Source of the DNA: Paraspadella gotoi
Taxonomy: Eukaryota; Animalia; Chaetognatha
Assembly (NCBI GenBank): GCA_051294375.1
Contig: CM119267.1
Span: forward strand, 9,977,458 to 10,041,457
Length of the DNA stretch: 64,000 nucleotides
Direction: 5' to 3'
Below are positions 52,636 to 64,000 of the stretch, one piece after another (position 1 is the stretch's first letter; each line of letters begins with the position of its first letter). The position numbers and the translations under genes were made by a program. The notes under the pieces are model-generated. The model was not told the DNA's origin, ran no database searches, and was given only the letters and a program-made list of their open reading frames with translations.

Positions 52636-55600
52636 ATGGGCGACATTAACGGATCGTCAATGGCGGAACACACGGAAACTCGGTGGAATCTGCAGGTAAA
52701 TTAATAGGTTTACTGAAACGTGTGTAGTATATACTGAAGGTGTCAAAAGTTTTAAAATTCTGTTAAGATTTTGGCGTTTTCTGAAAAACTATTTTTTTTT
52801 AATTAAAAAAAATATTAGCTAATTACCTTAACCCTACACCTGTTAACCCTAACTACCCTTAACCCTAAACCCCCCCTAACCCCAGTCGGTGAAAGTAAAA
52901 TTAACCCTTTTCGAGTTTTATTTGTACCTAACGTTAATCCTAACGTATTAATTCGGGTAACTTGACTATTCGACGTCCGCAACCAACTTTAGCTACCACC
53001 GCCGGTCGGTGCTTTGTTAATCCATTTAATTTTGTATTCCCTTTAATATAATTTTTTTTGTTCAGTAATTTCGGTCGGCGAATGTTAAAATAAGCCTATT
53101 AATTCTTTAAAAGATTGAATTCTAAACAAACATATGAAATTTATTATCATAAATAGATTGTTTAAACTAAAAAAAATATCTTCAATTTCATCTTCTTAAA
53201 GGATGATTTGTTGGAAGATGACCCAGCAATACATGGCATGATCAAACGCGAAAAGCGGCGCCAGAAATGCGAGCTTGAACTGATTGCATCCGAAAATTTT
53301 ACTTCGAAAGCCGTCCTCCAATGTCTCGGTTCTTGCCTTACCAACAAATACTCCGAAGGATATCCCGGCACTAGGTTTTATTTTTTTTAATTGCGAAAAC
53401 TTTATTATTTTATATAAAACTGTATTCTGTAATATTTCAAAAAGAGTTGGGTATTACTTTGCAACGAAAAATAAAATATTTAAAAGATTGATGTACTAGT
53501 TAAGGTATGAAGCTGTCGTTCGTGAGATCCAAGGAGTTATAATCGTTTTAATTCCGCGCATGTTGTTGGGGTTGGTCCAGAGTTGTAAATTTTAAGTAGT
53601 GATATTATTACGTTTTGGCAACAAGACTTATAGCTGCCTCACTGCTGTCCGTCCTCGGCCTCGTCTCAATGGCTGAGCAGGCTAAATCATCTTGTTACAA
53701 CCGTGCGTCCCGGGTTCAATCCCTGGCTATCCCGGTTCTGGCTTAAATGTGACGGAGCTGGTCTAAACATGCCAGTGACAGGAGGCGGTCACTGAGGGTC
53801 CGCAGCCCCTACGCCAGTTGGTGAGATACCCCGCGCCCCGGGTATCGCAGGCATTCCTCACGTTGCCATAACGTCACCTTTTTCCTTTATTTCTTTTTTG
53901 AAGGTATTACGGCGGAAACAAGATCATTGATGAGATTGAAACTCTTTGTCAATCAAGGGCGCTGCAGTGTTTCGGTCTGGACCCAGAAAAATGGGGAGTT
54001 AACGTTCAACCATACTCTGGTAATGCGATTCGTTGCGCGATGTGGATTACATCATAAAATGACTTGAACTTGCTATTAACACTTTCCCCTGTAGGTTCCC
54101 CTGCCAACTTCGCAGTTTACACAGCACTACTTGGCCCTCGTGGGCGCATAATGGGTCTTGACCTTCCGGACGGTGGTCATTTAACGCACGGTTTTATGAC
54201 TTCGACACGGAAAGTTTCTGCCACATCCATCTTTTTTGAGTCTTTTCCTTACAAAGTGAGAACCAGTTATTTTGAAATTAGATATTAGTTGATATGCGAG
54301 TACTCGCAGAGCAACTCAATAAGTCACTTTTTGGTCTGTTCGTTTGTCTGTCCGTTGTTACGTTTGTCCGTCTGGTCGACCTATTCTGTTGAAGTCGCCC
54401 CGCCCCCCCACATAAGCCCTCGTAACCTCGAGGTGCCAATATCGGCGAAAAGTTATCAGGAAAACGATTAAAAAAACAAAAGAAACGAATTAAATGTAAT
54501 GAAAATAGGAGAGAAAACAAAAAGACAAAAGTCCGTGCGCTCTATCCTCTCGCCGCGGCAGCAGCCGTCCCCTCGCTGCAGGGCCAGTTCCGGCCAACCC
54601 GAGGCTGCTGCGCCGGGATGCATCACTTTTTCTTTCGCGCCAATTATCGTGCACGTGTTAAAATAGTTATCTTTTTAACGATTTTTTTTCGTTTTTTTTC
54701 CTCAAATTCAACAAATTCTACGTTTTTAACGAATTTTCTTACCGAGTTATTATGCCTTCTCACGAAAATTCAAAATCTCGGTCAATAGGCGGTTTCTGGA
54801 AAATCGCTCACCGAGATATAGGGCGAGGTCCCATTGACCGACCAGGAATCGAGAGGCGGTGAGGAAAGGACTACCTCCCGGCCCCCTCCCACCTCCAGTT
54901 TCGGCCAGCGACAAGTCATCGCCTTCCGTGCCTCTCCGGCGCGGGGGGCTCCCCGCCTGAATCTTGCAGCCTCGCTGCCCGCGTTTCCTGTCGGAGGGTA
55001 TTGCACGAGCATATGAGAATCTTCATGGCTGATTTCCGTAAGGACTTTGAAGCAGTCCGTCAGGATTTTGGCTCAGTCCGCTAAAGATTGTAGACTACTC
55101 AGTCCGCCAGACTTTCGCTAGCGAGATTGGCGAGCTTCGTCGTGCATAATCTCGTCCTTCGACTTGGAGGTATTTCGTGGGTGAGTATTGGTATTGGATT
55201 TTTTTACCACCTCAGGTGGGGAGTTAGTGTTCGTCGTTTCGCTTTGCGCCTTCTCTCTCCGCTTATTTTTGTTTCTTCTTTTCTCCGCTCCCTTTTTGCT
55301 CTTTTGTCTCGACCCCTTCTCTCCTCTTGGGACAGGGCTTATGTGGGGGGGCGGGCGACTTCAACAGAATCTCTAATTCCTTTATGGAATATTTGATTCT
55401 TTGTCGCCCGCCCCCCACATACTCCCACCATCCTCCCCTTTATTTCACACCGCCCTTGTATGTGGGGTGGAGAGTTTTCAGGGCTCTCGTTTGAGAGTAG
55501 TTTTTATTTTACGGGAAAAATTTTTTAGCGTTTTCCTTTTGAGAGCAAAGGGGCGGCGGGGGGGGGGAGGGTTGTTTTGTTGGGGTTTATTTCTAATCCG

Positions 55601-58600
55601 TACGTTTAACCTTTTTTATGTGCGATTCTTTGTCGTCCCCGGCGTCGTCACTTCTCTCCATCCTCCTACGCTCGTTCCATCTCCTACTCATATGCTCGCC
55701 CAGAGGCCTTCCCCGTGCTGGCCATGCCTCTGCTCCTCGTTCCCGGATGGCTCTCCTCCACGTCCACGTCCGAGCCATTCTTTTCCGGATCCGGATGCTG
55801 CCCCTCCTCCGCAGAGGAGGGCGAGGCCTCCGACGATGACTTCTGGCGACGAGAATCTCGGCGTCTGCGAGAAATTCGTAATCGCACGTAAAGCCGCGCC
55901 CGAGCCTTCCCAATGGGTCCAGGACACGTGGCGCCATTTTCGCGGCATCAAGCCCTCCGGCGCTTTTCGTTGCGGCGGGACGCTTTCTCCATCGCGAGCC
56001 GCACCTCACGCTGGGTGGACACCGACACCCAGCAGCTTTCTTGCCTCCAATGCGGGAACCAATGCCTTTCGTCGCAGTTCAAGCGCCGCTCGTTTTTTCC
56101 TCGTCGCTCAAAGCCCTTTATCGTCAGATTGACCTCAGCGGGCGCGGCGGGTCACGCTGTTCTTGCTACCGTCGAAGAGCTCAATGCCCTTGTTGAGGGA
56201 TATCAATCAAGGCGTCCTCGCGAGGAGCTCAAGGCTCGCGCATGCGCGCTCGCCTCCCCTCTTCGTGATGTTGCAGCTCTTCAGGCTGCATCCTTCAACG
56301 ATGCTTTTGCCGAGGTTCGACGTGGAGTTTCGGCGGCTGCTTCGACGGACCTAAGGGCGTCTATCGCGGACGCCGCCCCTTTCCGAATCCTCCTTTTTTG
56401 GCAACCCACGGAGTGCGTTTCGGCTGCTTTTCAGGCCTCCTTGGTGCGTCAGCAGGCCTCCCGTCCACGTTTTCAACAGGATCGTCGCCCGTCCTTCAAA
56501 GCCAAGTCTGCTTTCAAAGGAAAAAGGGCGGCAAGAAGCCTTATCAGGCCAAGCGTTCGGGAAACGGGGAGGAGCGGGCAACCGCTCCACCAAGTGACGG
56601 GCTCCTGCGGATCCGGAGTCGTTGCCTCGTCCGACTCTTCCTTCCGTTTCGATTCGTCCACATCGCCGCCTCAGACTCCATCTTCAGACTGGTTCGCCGC
56701 CCCCGCCCGTCGCTTCTTCCGCAGTTTCCGGTCGGGGCCGCCTCGTCCACTTCCTCCCCTTCTGGAAGCGTCTCGTCGGCGACAACTCCCCAATCCTCGA
56801 AAACGTCTCCGGGATTTCGCATCGCCAATGCCGACAGGATTCCAGTTCGTCTTCCTCGCCCTTCGGACGAGACTCCTTCTTTCGGCGAGAGAGATGCGAA
56901 GTGGAGGAGGAGATTCAGGCGGCTCTGGAAAGGGAGCCATCAAGAGGTCAACTCCTCTCGGGGTTTTATTCGAAGGTCTTCCTCGTGCCGAAGAAAGACG
57001 GAGGATGGCGTCCCATCCTCAACCTCAAGCGCTTGAACGCCTCTTTCCTCTCCCCTCCCTATTTTCGGATGGAGGGCGTGGCCGATGTGAGGAAGATGTT
57101 TCGCAAAAGGGATTGGGGCGCCTCCATCGATTTGAAGGACGCCTACCTCCATCTTCCTCTCCACAAGACCATCGTCGTCTTTGCCGCTTCATTTGGAAAG
57201 GCCGAATTTTCCAATACAAAGTTCTCCCTTTCGGCCTCGCGACAGGTCCTTTCCTTTTTACAAAGACGACTCGTCCCTTGTCCAGTGGCTCCGCGAAAGA
57301 GGAATACGATGCCTTTTTTATCTGGACGACATCCTCATTCTGGGAGCGTCGAGGGAGGAGTGCCTCTTAGCGACAGAGAAAGCCTTCCTCCTGCTTCGGG
57401 AGGCAGGCTTCATCATTCACCTGCGGAAATCGAACCTCTGCCCGTCCCAACGCTTCGAGTTCCTCGGGTTTTTCTGGGATGGTCTCAACCACTCCATTGT
57501 ACTTCCGGAGAAGAAGAGAGAAAACACTTCGATCCCTCTTGCTCTCTCTCCTCAACTGCCCCGTCCAACAGCGCGCCAGGTCCTTCAGCTTCTGGGACAT
57601 GTCACAGCAGCCTCCATAGCGACCCCGCTCCTTCGTTGCAGAGCCACGAGAATTCAACACGATCTCATTGTGTTTACCGGACGGAGGCGGATCTCAATCG
57701 CCCATCGCCTCTCTCTGCTCTAGCTCAGGAGGAGCTCAGCTGGATTGCGGCGCTGCTTCCGGAGGACTGCTGGGCGCCAATAGCGGATCTTCTCCCGGAG
57801 TCTTGTTCCTTGACAGTAACGACAGATGCCTCACAGGAGGGCTGGGGCATCCTCCATCAGGGGACGCTTCTTCGGGGGATATGGAGGGTGCCGATGTCCC
57901 TCGCCATATCAATGTGAAGGAATCATGGTCCTGATGATATTCCTCCAGCGATTCGGCTCCTCACTTCGCGGTTCATCGATTCATTGGAGGTCGGACAGCC
58001 AGTCTCCCTCCTCTGCCTCCGCAGGACCTGCAGTCGCTCACCGGCTCTCCACGAGATCGTCCGCTCATCACTGATCCTCGCTCACTCACTCGGCATTCGT
58101 CTTACCGGAAGTCACGTGACCTCGGAGGAGAATTCTTGTGACCGACCGGCTTCGAGGGGGAAGAAGTAAGCGGATTGCACCTTCTCCCACGTGTTTTTCG
58201 CCAGATCTCCGACGCCTTCGGCCCCGCAGAGATCGATCTCTTCGCGTCGGCCGACTCGACACAGCTGCCTCGGTTCTTCGCTTGGATGACAGGCGCGGGA
58301 GCAGAGGGCGTGACGCTCTCGTCAGATCTGGGACTTCGACCGCGCCTTCCTTTTTCCTCCCATCCCCACCTCCCATCGCTGACAGCTGGAGGATTCCACT
58401 AGAAACCGTTACGCCAGAGCGTGGAAATCTTTTGTGACTTCCTTCAACGTCGAGAAGTACGAGGACCTGAGGCCTCTCTAAAAGACGTTTTGGAATACTT
58501 AGGCCATTGGCTGAGCAGGGCCTCTCCTATAGCACAGTTAATTTGCACCGCTCGGCGATCTCGACGACGATTTTTCTCAACGGCGCTCAGCGGGCGAGCA

Positions 58601-61227
58601 CCGCTAGTTCGTGACTTCTTAAGGGCGTCTTTGAACGACGCCCCCCTACTCGTCGTCTTTTCCCCTCCTGGGATGCAGCGTCGATTCTTCGTATTTTCGA
58701 TGCGGCGCCACGTCCATTTTTCGCCTTTCGAAATTCTTCGCCAATCTCTTTTCCTTTTTGCGATGGCTTCAGCTCGTCGCCCGTCGGAGATTGTCTCACT
58801 TCGTTGTGACCCCGCATACTTCGTTCTCGCGCGGGATCACGTTCGTTTAGTTCCATCCAAACTCTCCAAGACCGACGGGTTGGACACCTTGGCCCGGCCT
58901 TTCGTCTGGATTCCCTTCCGGGCCTCCCTCGCTGCCCTGTAGCAGCTCTACGAGCCTGGTTGTTCGTTCGCGACAGATCTCTCCCGACCATCACGCGCTC
59001 TTCTGTGCCACGTCACGTCCTTTCGTCCTTTATCGACGCAGCGTTTTGCAGCGATCCTCAAAGGCATTTTCTTGAAGCGGACGTCGACGCTCCTCCGGGT
59101 TCAACGCGCTCCATGGCGGTTTCCGACGCCTTTCGCCCGCGGTGTGGATCTTGGCGTCATTCTCCGAGCGGGAGACTGGTCTGGCGCCCAGACCTTCTTC
59201 CGTTTCTATTGTCGGACGTTTCGTGGGGCGACGCCTTTCTGGTTCTCGGACGAGTGATGCATCCCGGCGCAGCAGCTCGGGTTGGCCGGACTGGCCCTGC
59301 AGCGGCAGGGAGCGGCTGCTGCCGCGCGGAGAGGATTAGAGCGCACGGACTTTTGTCTTTTGTTTTCTTCCGTTTCATTACATTTAACTTCGTTTCTTTT
59401 GTTTTTTTATCGTTATTTTTCTGATAACTTTTCGCGATATTGGCACTCGAGGTTAACGAGGGCTTATGTGGGGGGCGGGCGACAAAGAATCAATATTCCA
59501 TAAAGGAATTAGAGATTTACTATGGTTTATATATTTTTAACTCGTGAAAAAATGCATTATTTTAGTTAGTACTTCGTAGTAAGCTGTTATACAGTTAAAC
59601 ACATAATGCATATATTGTGCTTATGTTTCATAATGAGCACCGACGTGATCTCATAAACAAAAAATAATCTTGTAATACGAAGTAATTTTAGTTCACCCAG
59701 CTGAGATTGTTGTGCATTCGTTTTAAGCTTACGGAGTTATGTGACTACGTAGATAAACGTACATATGTTCCATACTTGTGTAATTACTTGACCATCTATA
59801 AATGCGTGTACACTGTACAAAAAAAAATTATAACGGCGCAACACCTTGGAACTTGCCGGTTTTTGTTCGTCAATGACGTTGTCTCGTGCATTGCAGGTCA
59901 GCCCTGAGACTGGACTCATCGATTACGATAGACTGGAAGAGAACGCCCGACTCTTCCATCCGAACATGATCATTGCTGGAATGTCCTGTTACTCGCGGAA
60001 TCTTGACTATGCCCGCTTCCGTCAAATCGCGGATCAAAACGGAGCCTATCTTTTTTCAGACATGGCTCACGTTAGCGGCCTCGGTATGTATATTTTATTA
60101 TACTTTTCATTTTTCTTGCGACTCGCCAGATTATGTCTTGGTTGTTTTTTTTTTCAGTGGCCGCGGGGGTAGTGCCTTCTCCATTTGAACACTCCGATGT
60201 CGTTACGACGACCACTCACAAATCCCTGCGTGGTCCCAGAGCTGCCATGATTTTTTTTAGGAAAGGTCGGTGGGAAAAGCAAGAGAAGGTAGAATTTATG
60301 TGTTTATATATATAAATTTTTTTAAAATTTTTTTTCACATATAGGAGTAAGGTCAATTGACAAAAAGACTGGGGAAAATGTGATGTACAATTTGGAACGA
60401 CCCATCAACGAAGCCGTCTTTCCTGGTCTTCAAGGCGGACCGCACAATAACCAGATTGCTGGAGTCGCCGTTGCCCTAAAGCAGGCCATGTCACCTGCTT
60501 TTAAAGCTTATCAAGAGCAAGTATGATTCGAGTTGAATTTTCTACAATACAATTTTTTATTGAATAATATTTCCGAATATTTATCTACAAAAAGGTGATC
60601 AGGAATGCCCGCTGCATGGCGAGTAGATTCGCCGAGAAGGGATTTAAAGTGGTAAGCGGCGGGACGGACAACCACCTCATTCTGGTCGACTTCCGCGACA
60701 AGAAAATCAATGGATCGCGCGTTGACGCTGTATTGGACGAAGTCAGCATTGCAGGAAACAAGAACACCTGTCCTGGTTGGTTGCCCTCGCTCAGAGTTTT
60801 CATTCCTCTATTTTATTTTTTGAATTCTCACGGGGTTTTTTTCTTGGAAGGGGATAAGTCGGCGTTGAATCCGTCCGGAATGAGATTCGGGTCTCCCGCC
60901 TTGACCTCCCGAAATTTGAAAGAGGCCGACTTTGAGCGAGTTGTCGACTTCATCATTGAAGGCGTTCAAATCGCCCAAGACATTAAGAAAGCCTGCGAAG
61001 GTACGACAGATGATTTTTTTAGCTAGATAATGTTTTAAAATCAAATGATTTATGGTGCCTTTTATGTAACTTGGTTTTCAGATTCACATGCGCATCAACC
61101 GACCTTGAAGGAATTTAAAGTCAAAATGGCGTCGGATTCTGTGTTTCAGGTGCGCTTAGCAGACCTTCGAGGAAAAGTAGAAAAGTTTGCAGAAACTTTT
61201 CCCATGCCTGGCTACGACGAATGGTAG
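52636..61227 (+). CDS. SHMT: Serine hydroxymethyltransferase (multi-exon)
   Basis: [11 protein letters not shown]...[13 protein letters not shown]|[13 protein letters not shown]|[23 protein letters not shown]-Lys motif [32 protein letters not shown]. The start codon is inferred. Confidence 0.96.
52821..52908. repeat. Telomere-like MITE family copy in SHMT intron 1
   Basis: Degenerate CCCTAA array followed by CAGTCGGTGAAAGTAAAAT. Confidence 0.6.
53663..53899 (+). mobile_element. tRNA-derived SINE / Pol III transcription unit in SHMT intron 2
   Basis: A box TGGCTGAGCAGG (53670-53681), B box GGTTCAATCCC (53713-53723), a structured GC-rich 3' domain closed by GTGACG/CGTCAC, then TTTTT. There is no acceptor stem, so it is not a tRNA. 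Confidence 0.72.
55690..56640 (+). pseudogene. DIRS gag-like ORF (frameshifted)
   Basis: GC-rich fragmented ORFs upstream of pol ([12 protein letters not shown]...[12 protein letters not shown]...basic tail). Assigned mainly by position. Confidence 0.55.
56700..58380 (+). pseudogene. DIRS pol: reverse transcriptase, RNase H and adenine-methyltransferase-like domain (frameshifted)
   Basis: [89 protein letters not shown], spread over several frames. Confidence 0.9.
58400..59257 (+). pseudogene. DIRS tyrosine recombinase (frameshifted)
   Basis: [50 protein letters not shown]. Confidence 0.85.
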
Positions 61228-63795
61228 AAGAAATCGAATTTTTTGACATTGAAATGTCAGTATTTGTTCTAAGTTCCGAGTCATTCCTTTGTGTCTACTT
61301 CCAACCGTGAATTTAGAAAAAAATGTTGTGAACATTATTTTAATTCTTTTATTAGTATTATCGATTATTTTGTTTTTGTTTTTGTTTTGGTTCTTAAGTT
61401 TTTAAATTTTTATATTAGAAAAACTGAAACTCTATAACAGCTTTGTGGAATCTTATTCGAATTCATTCGTTTACTTTTTATAAACGTACGCTGATGTGAC
61501 TTGAGATTACTTACATTATAACGGCTTTTGAAAATTTATTTCTTCGTTCTACTCGCTAGTATATGTAGTAAGTTGTATAATGTATATGTATATGTAGTAG
61601 TATATGTAGCAAGTTGGTTTAGTAATAGAGAAAGATCATGAAACAAGAAAGGTGCAATACAAATAACCCACAATCGAGCCAAATTAGTTAAATTAGTTAA
61701 ACGGGAAGAAAATAATATTATTGAAGACAATGTAATTCCTGGTGGCCTTGCAACTAGAGGCGTTTGGAATCGTTTCGTCCGAGGATAGAAAGTGTCTCTT
61801 GTTTACGGAGAGAGTGAGGTAGCCCAATGCGGCATTGCCGTTACTTACGATTCCAGTCACGTTCTGTACTTTTGTCTTTTCCTTTTTGCGCCCAACATAT
61901 ATTTCGTCTTGGGGCTTGGGTAAATAATAGAGCTTCTAAAAAAGGTCCGTGTTTTAGCAGGTCTAACGGAAAAGGCAGATATACGAGAATACAACAGAGC
62001 CTGTAGACTAAATAGGTATATGAAGTAGGTCGATAATACCTACTTTCTCATCTCATGTAGTGGTCAGTCTGGTGATGATAAAAGGCCGTTCATTAACTGA
62101 GACAGACCTTTCTTACACTAGTTTTAACAACCATTATCGGAATTTACCTAGCTTTATTTATTAAGTAAAGTTAGCTAGTGATACTTATTGCTTTTAAAAA
62201 TAAAAAATGAAATATTTTCGCCGACCGAGGTTTTGGCTTCAATTTTTTCACGAAATACGACACAAGACAAGACAAGACAATTTTTCTTCAAATTAAGATT
62301 CAATCAAACTAGGTTCATACAGTTTTTTCCTCAATTTTTTTTCTTTTTTTTGTGTTTGACATAAGAAAGAAGGTATTGATTAATTTGTTCTGAACTATTC
62401 AATCGTTCTGTTTAAACTGTAGTTAATAAGTTTTATTATAATTTAACACTAGTTTAGACTTGCAGTAAAATAAAAAATGATGCATCAGTTAGACCGTGCA
62501 GCAAGCCTTTTACCAGATCCTAATTTATTTTCTTATGAACAACATCACTCATTCAGGGTCATCACTAAATTTTCCACCAAAGAGTCAAAATATCTAAACA
62601 AAAGGAAAAAAAAGTTTTGTTTACCTATTTCCAGCATAAATTTTTACATATACTTCTTATTTATCTCGGCCATTTATAAATCCATACTAATGCCATAATA
62701 AGTAAATATAATATTTTTCCCCTTAGTTTATTTTGTTTGATACATATCCACAAAGCAAAAATTACTTCCTTACTTGATCAATAATATATGCAATCTAGCT
62801 ATCTAATAAAAAGCAAGACCAAGCAGATTCAAAATTTTTGCTTAAATTTTTTTATGAAATGCTGTTTTAGATTTGTATCTGTTTTAAAAACAGTAAAATT
62901 TCACAATTTCTTGGAAAAATAATTTACTCATGGCATCAACGTAATAATTACGCCATTTTACCATCACTTTTGTCAGCTTTTGATATTTACTAAAAGCAAA
63001 GACTCAGATTTTGAAAATATTGTTGGTTTTAATCTAAATTCGACAGTTCTCTAGTAATAAAGGCGAAAATTTAAGCCAGAAAGAGCTAAAAAATTATAAA
63101 AAGTTTGGGAAAATATAATTATGAATTTTAATCATTTTTTATTTTCTTTCAGTTTTTAAAGTTTAATATTGAGTATTTTGAATTTATTTCTAATAAGTAC
63201 TGTTAAATATTATCCTTTTCATACTTATTCTTCACAAAATTTAGGAATAACTTTTAATAATTATTTTATCAAAAAACTAATAATCATCTTTATATTTTTT
63301 ATATTATATAATATTATATTATTAATAAAATTTATTAAAAATAAAACGTTTAATAAAAAATATAAAGTTTACATTAAATATATATTTCAAAATTAAATCA
63401 AGTATTGATTTAATCATTATTTTATTTAAAAAATCCTTTAAAATTAATTTCACAACTAAGATTACGATCAAAGAAAAATTGCAAAAGTACTCGATCACTT
63501 GGAAACTCTGGAGTTTTCCTTTCCGATCAAGTTTTTTCAGGTTTATCAGTCCTAACTTCTTCTACAGACAAAAAAGAACCTATAAAAATGAGTCGTGACC
63601 CTTCATCTGGTGTAGTTAAAAATTTGGGTAACACTACTAAACAACCTTTAAACCATTTTTAATCCTAAATTATCCCAATTATTTTATATGTAATGCAGCG
63701 AAATTTTATTTTTTACCGACCGGGGTTTTAGCGTTTTTTAAAAAACGATTTAAAAATATTTATTTAAAAAAAAAAAAATTTAAAAATTGAATTAC

Positions 63796-63958
63796 TTTTA
63801 TTTTCGCCGACCATGGTTAGGGAAGTGTTAGGGTTAAGAGTATTTTAGGGTTAGGGGTGGTTAGGGTTAAGAGGGATTAGGGTTAGGGTAATTGAGATAA
63901 TATTTNNNNNNNNNNAGTTTTTTAAAAGACGTTAAAACCGCGGTCGGCGAAAGTAAAA
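63796..63958. mobile_element. Telomere-like MITE family copy spanning a 10-N gap
   Basis: TTTTATTTTCGCCGACC ... GGTCGGCGAAAGTAAAA inverted ends around a degenerate TTAGGG array. Confidence 0.55.
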
Positions 63959-64000
63959 TTAACTCCGTAAAGGCATCAGGGAGCATCAGCACGATGATCT

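Larger units (their letters stand above)
54383..59517 (+). mobile_element. Full-length DIRS-type tyrosine-recombinase retrotransposon (frameshifted ORFs) in SHMT intron 54256-59896
   Basis: ITRs of about 230 bp (54394-54627 / 59253-59483), right extension 59484-59517, ATT at both ends, and ICR 55334-55421. It encodes gag-like, RT, RNase H, methyltransferase-like and YR motifs. Confidence 0.95.

Noticed and set aside
53663-53735. Possible tRNA gene
   Set aside because: It has A and B boxes but no acceptor stem or proper anticodon arm, so it was treated as a SINE head.
61690-61940. GC-richer minus-strand stretch that could be an exon of a convergent gene (KLYYLPKPQDEIYVG...)
   Set aside because: No recognisable domain and an ambiguous frame, so it cannot be supported.

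Overview
Gene-dense, AT-rich genomic DNA from an invertebrate animal with short GT-AG introns; the exact taxon cannot be determined from the window. Eleven consecutive genes lie on the minus strand: GABARAP, an SLC16/MCT transporter, FAM13 RhoGAP, dystrobrevin, ATG4C/D, TTC4, APH-1, AMACR, synaptogyrin, DP/TFDP and SMC1. A divergent switch at about 35.0-35.8 kb is followed by three plus-strand genes: an 8-repeat VLDLR/lipophorin receptor, USP36 and SHMT. AMACR-APH1-TTC4-ATG4-dystrobrevin and SMC1-DP are separated by only 80-262 bp, each with a splice-acceptor-like site before the ATG, which suggests trans-spliced eukaryotic operons. An SHMT intron holds a complete 5.1-kb DIRS tyrosine-recombinase retrotransposon whose internal complementary region sits at the 5' end rather than the usual 3' position. 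Other features are a tRNA-derived SINE whose tail forms an SHMT splice acceptor, an LTR remnant overlapping the MCT stop codon, several Helentron/DINE-like elements carrying tandem repeats, a 1-kb foldback, telomere-repeat MITEs and a candidate structured RNA. Exon structures were read by eye and are approximate.
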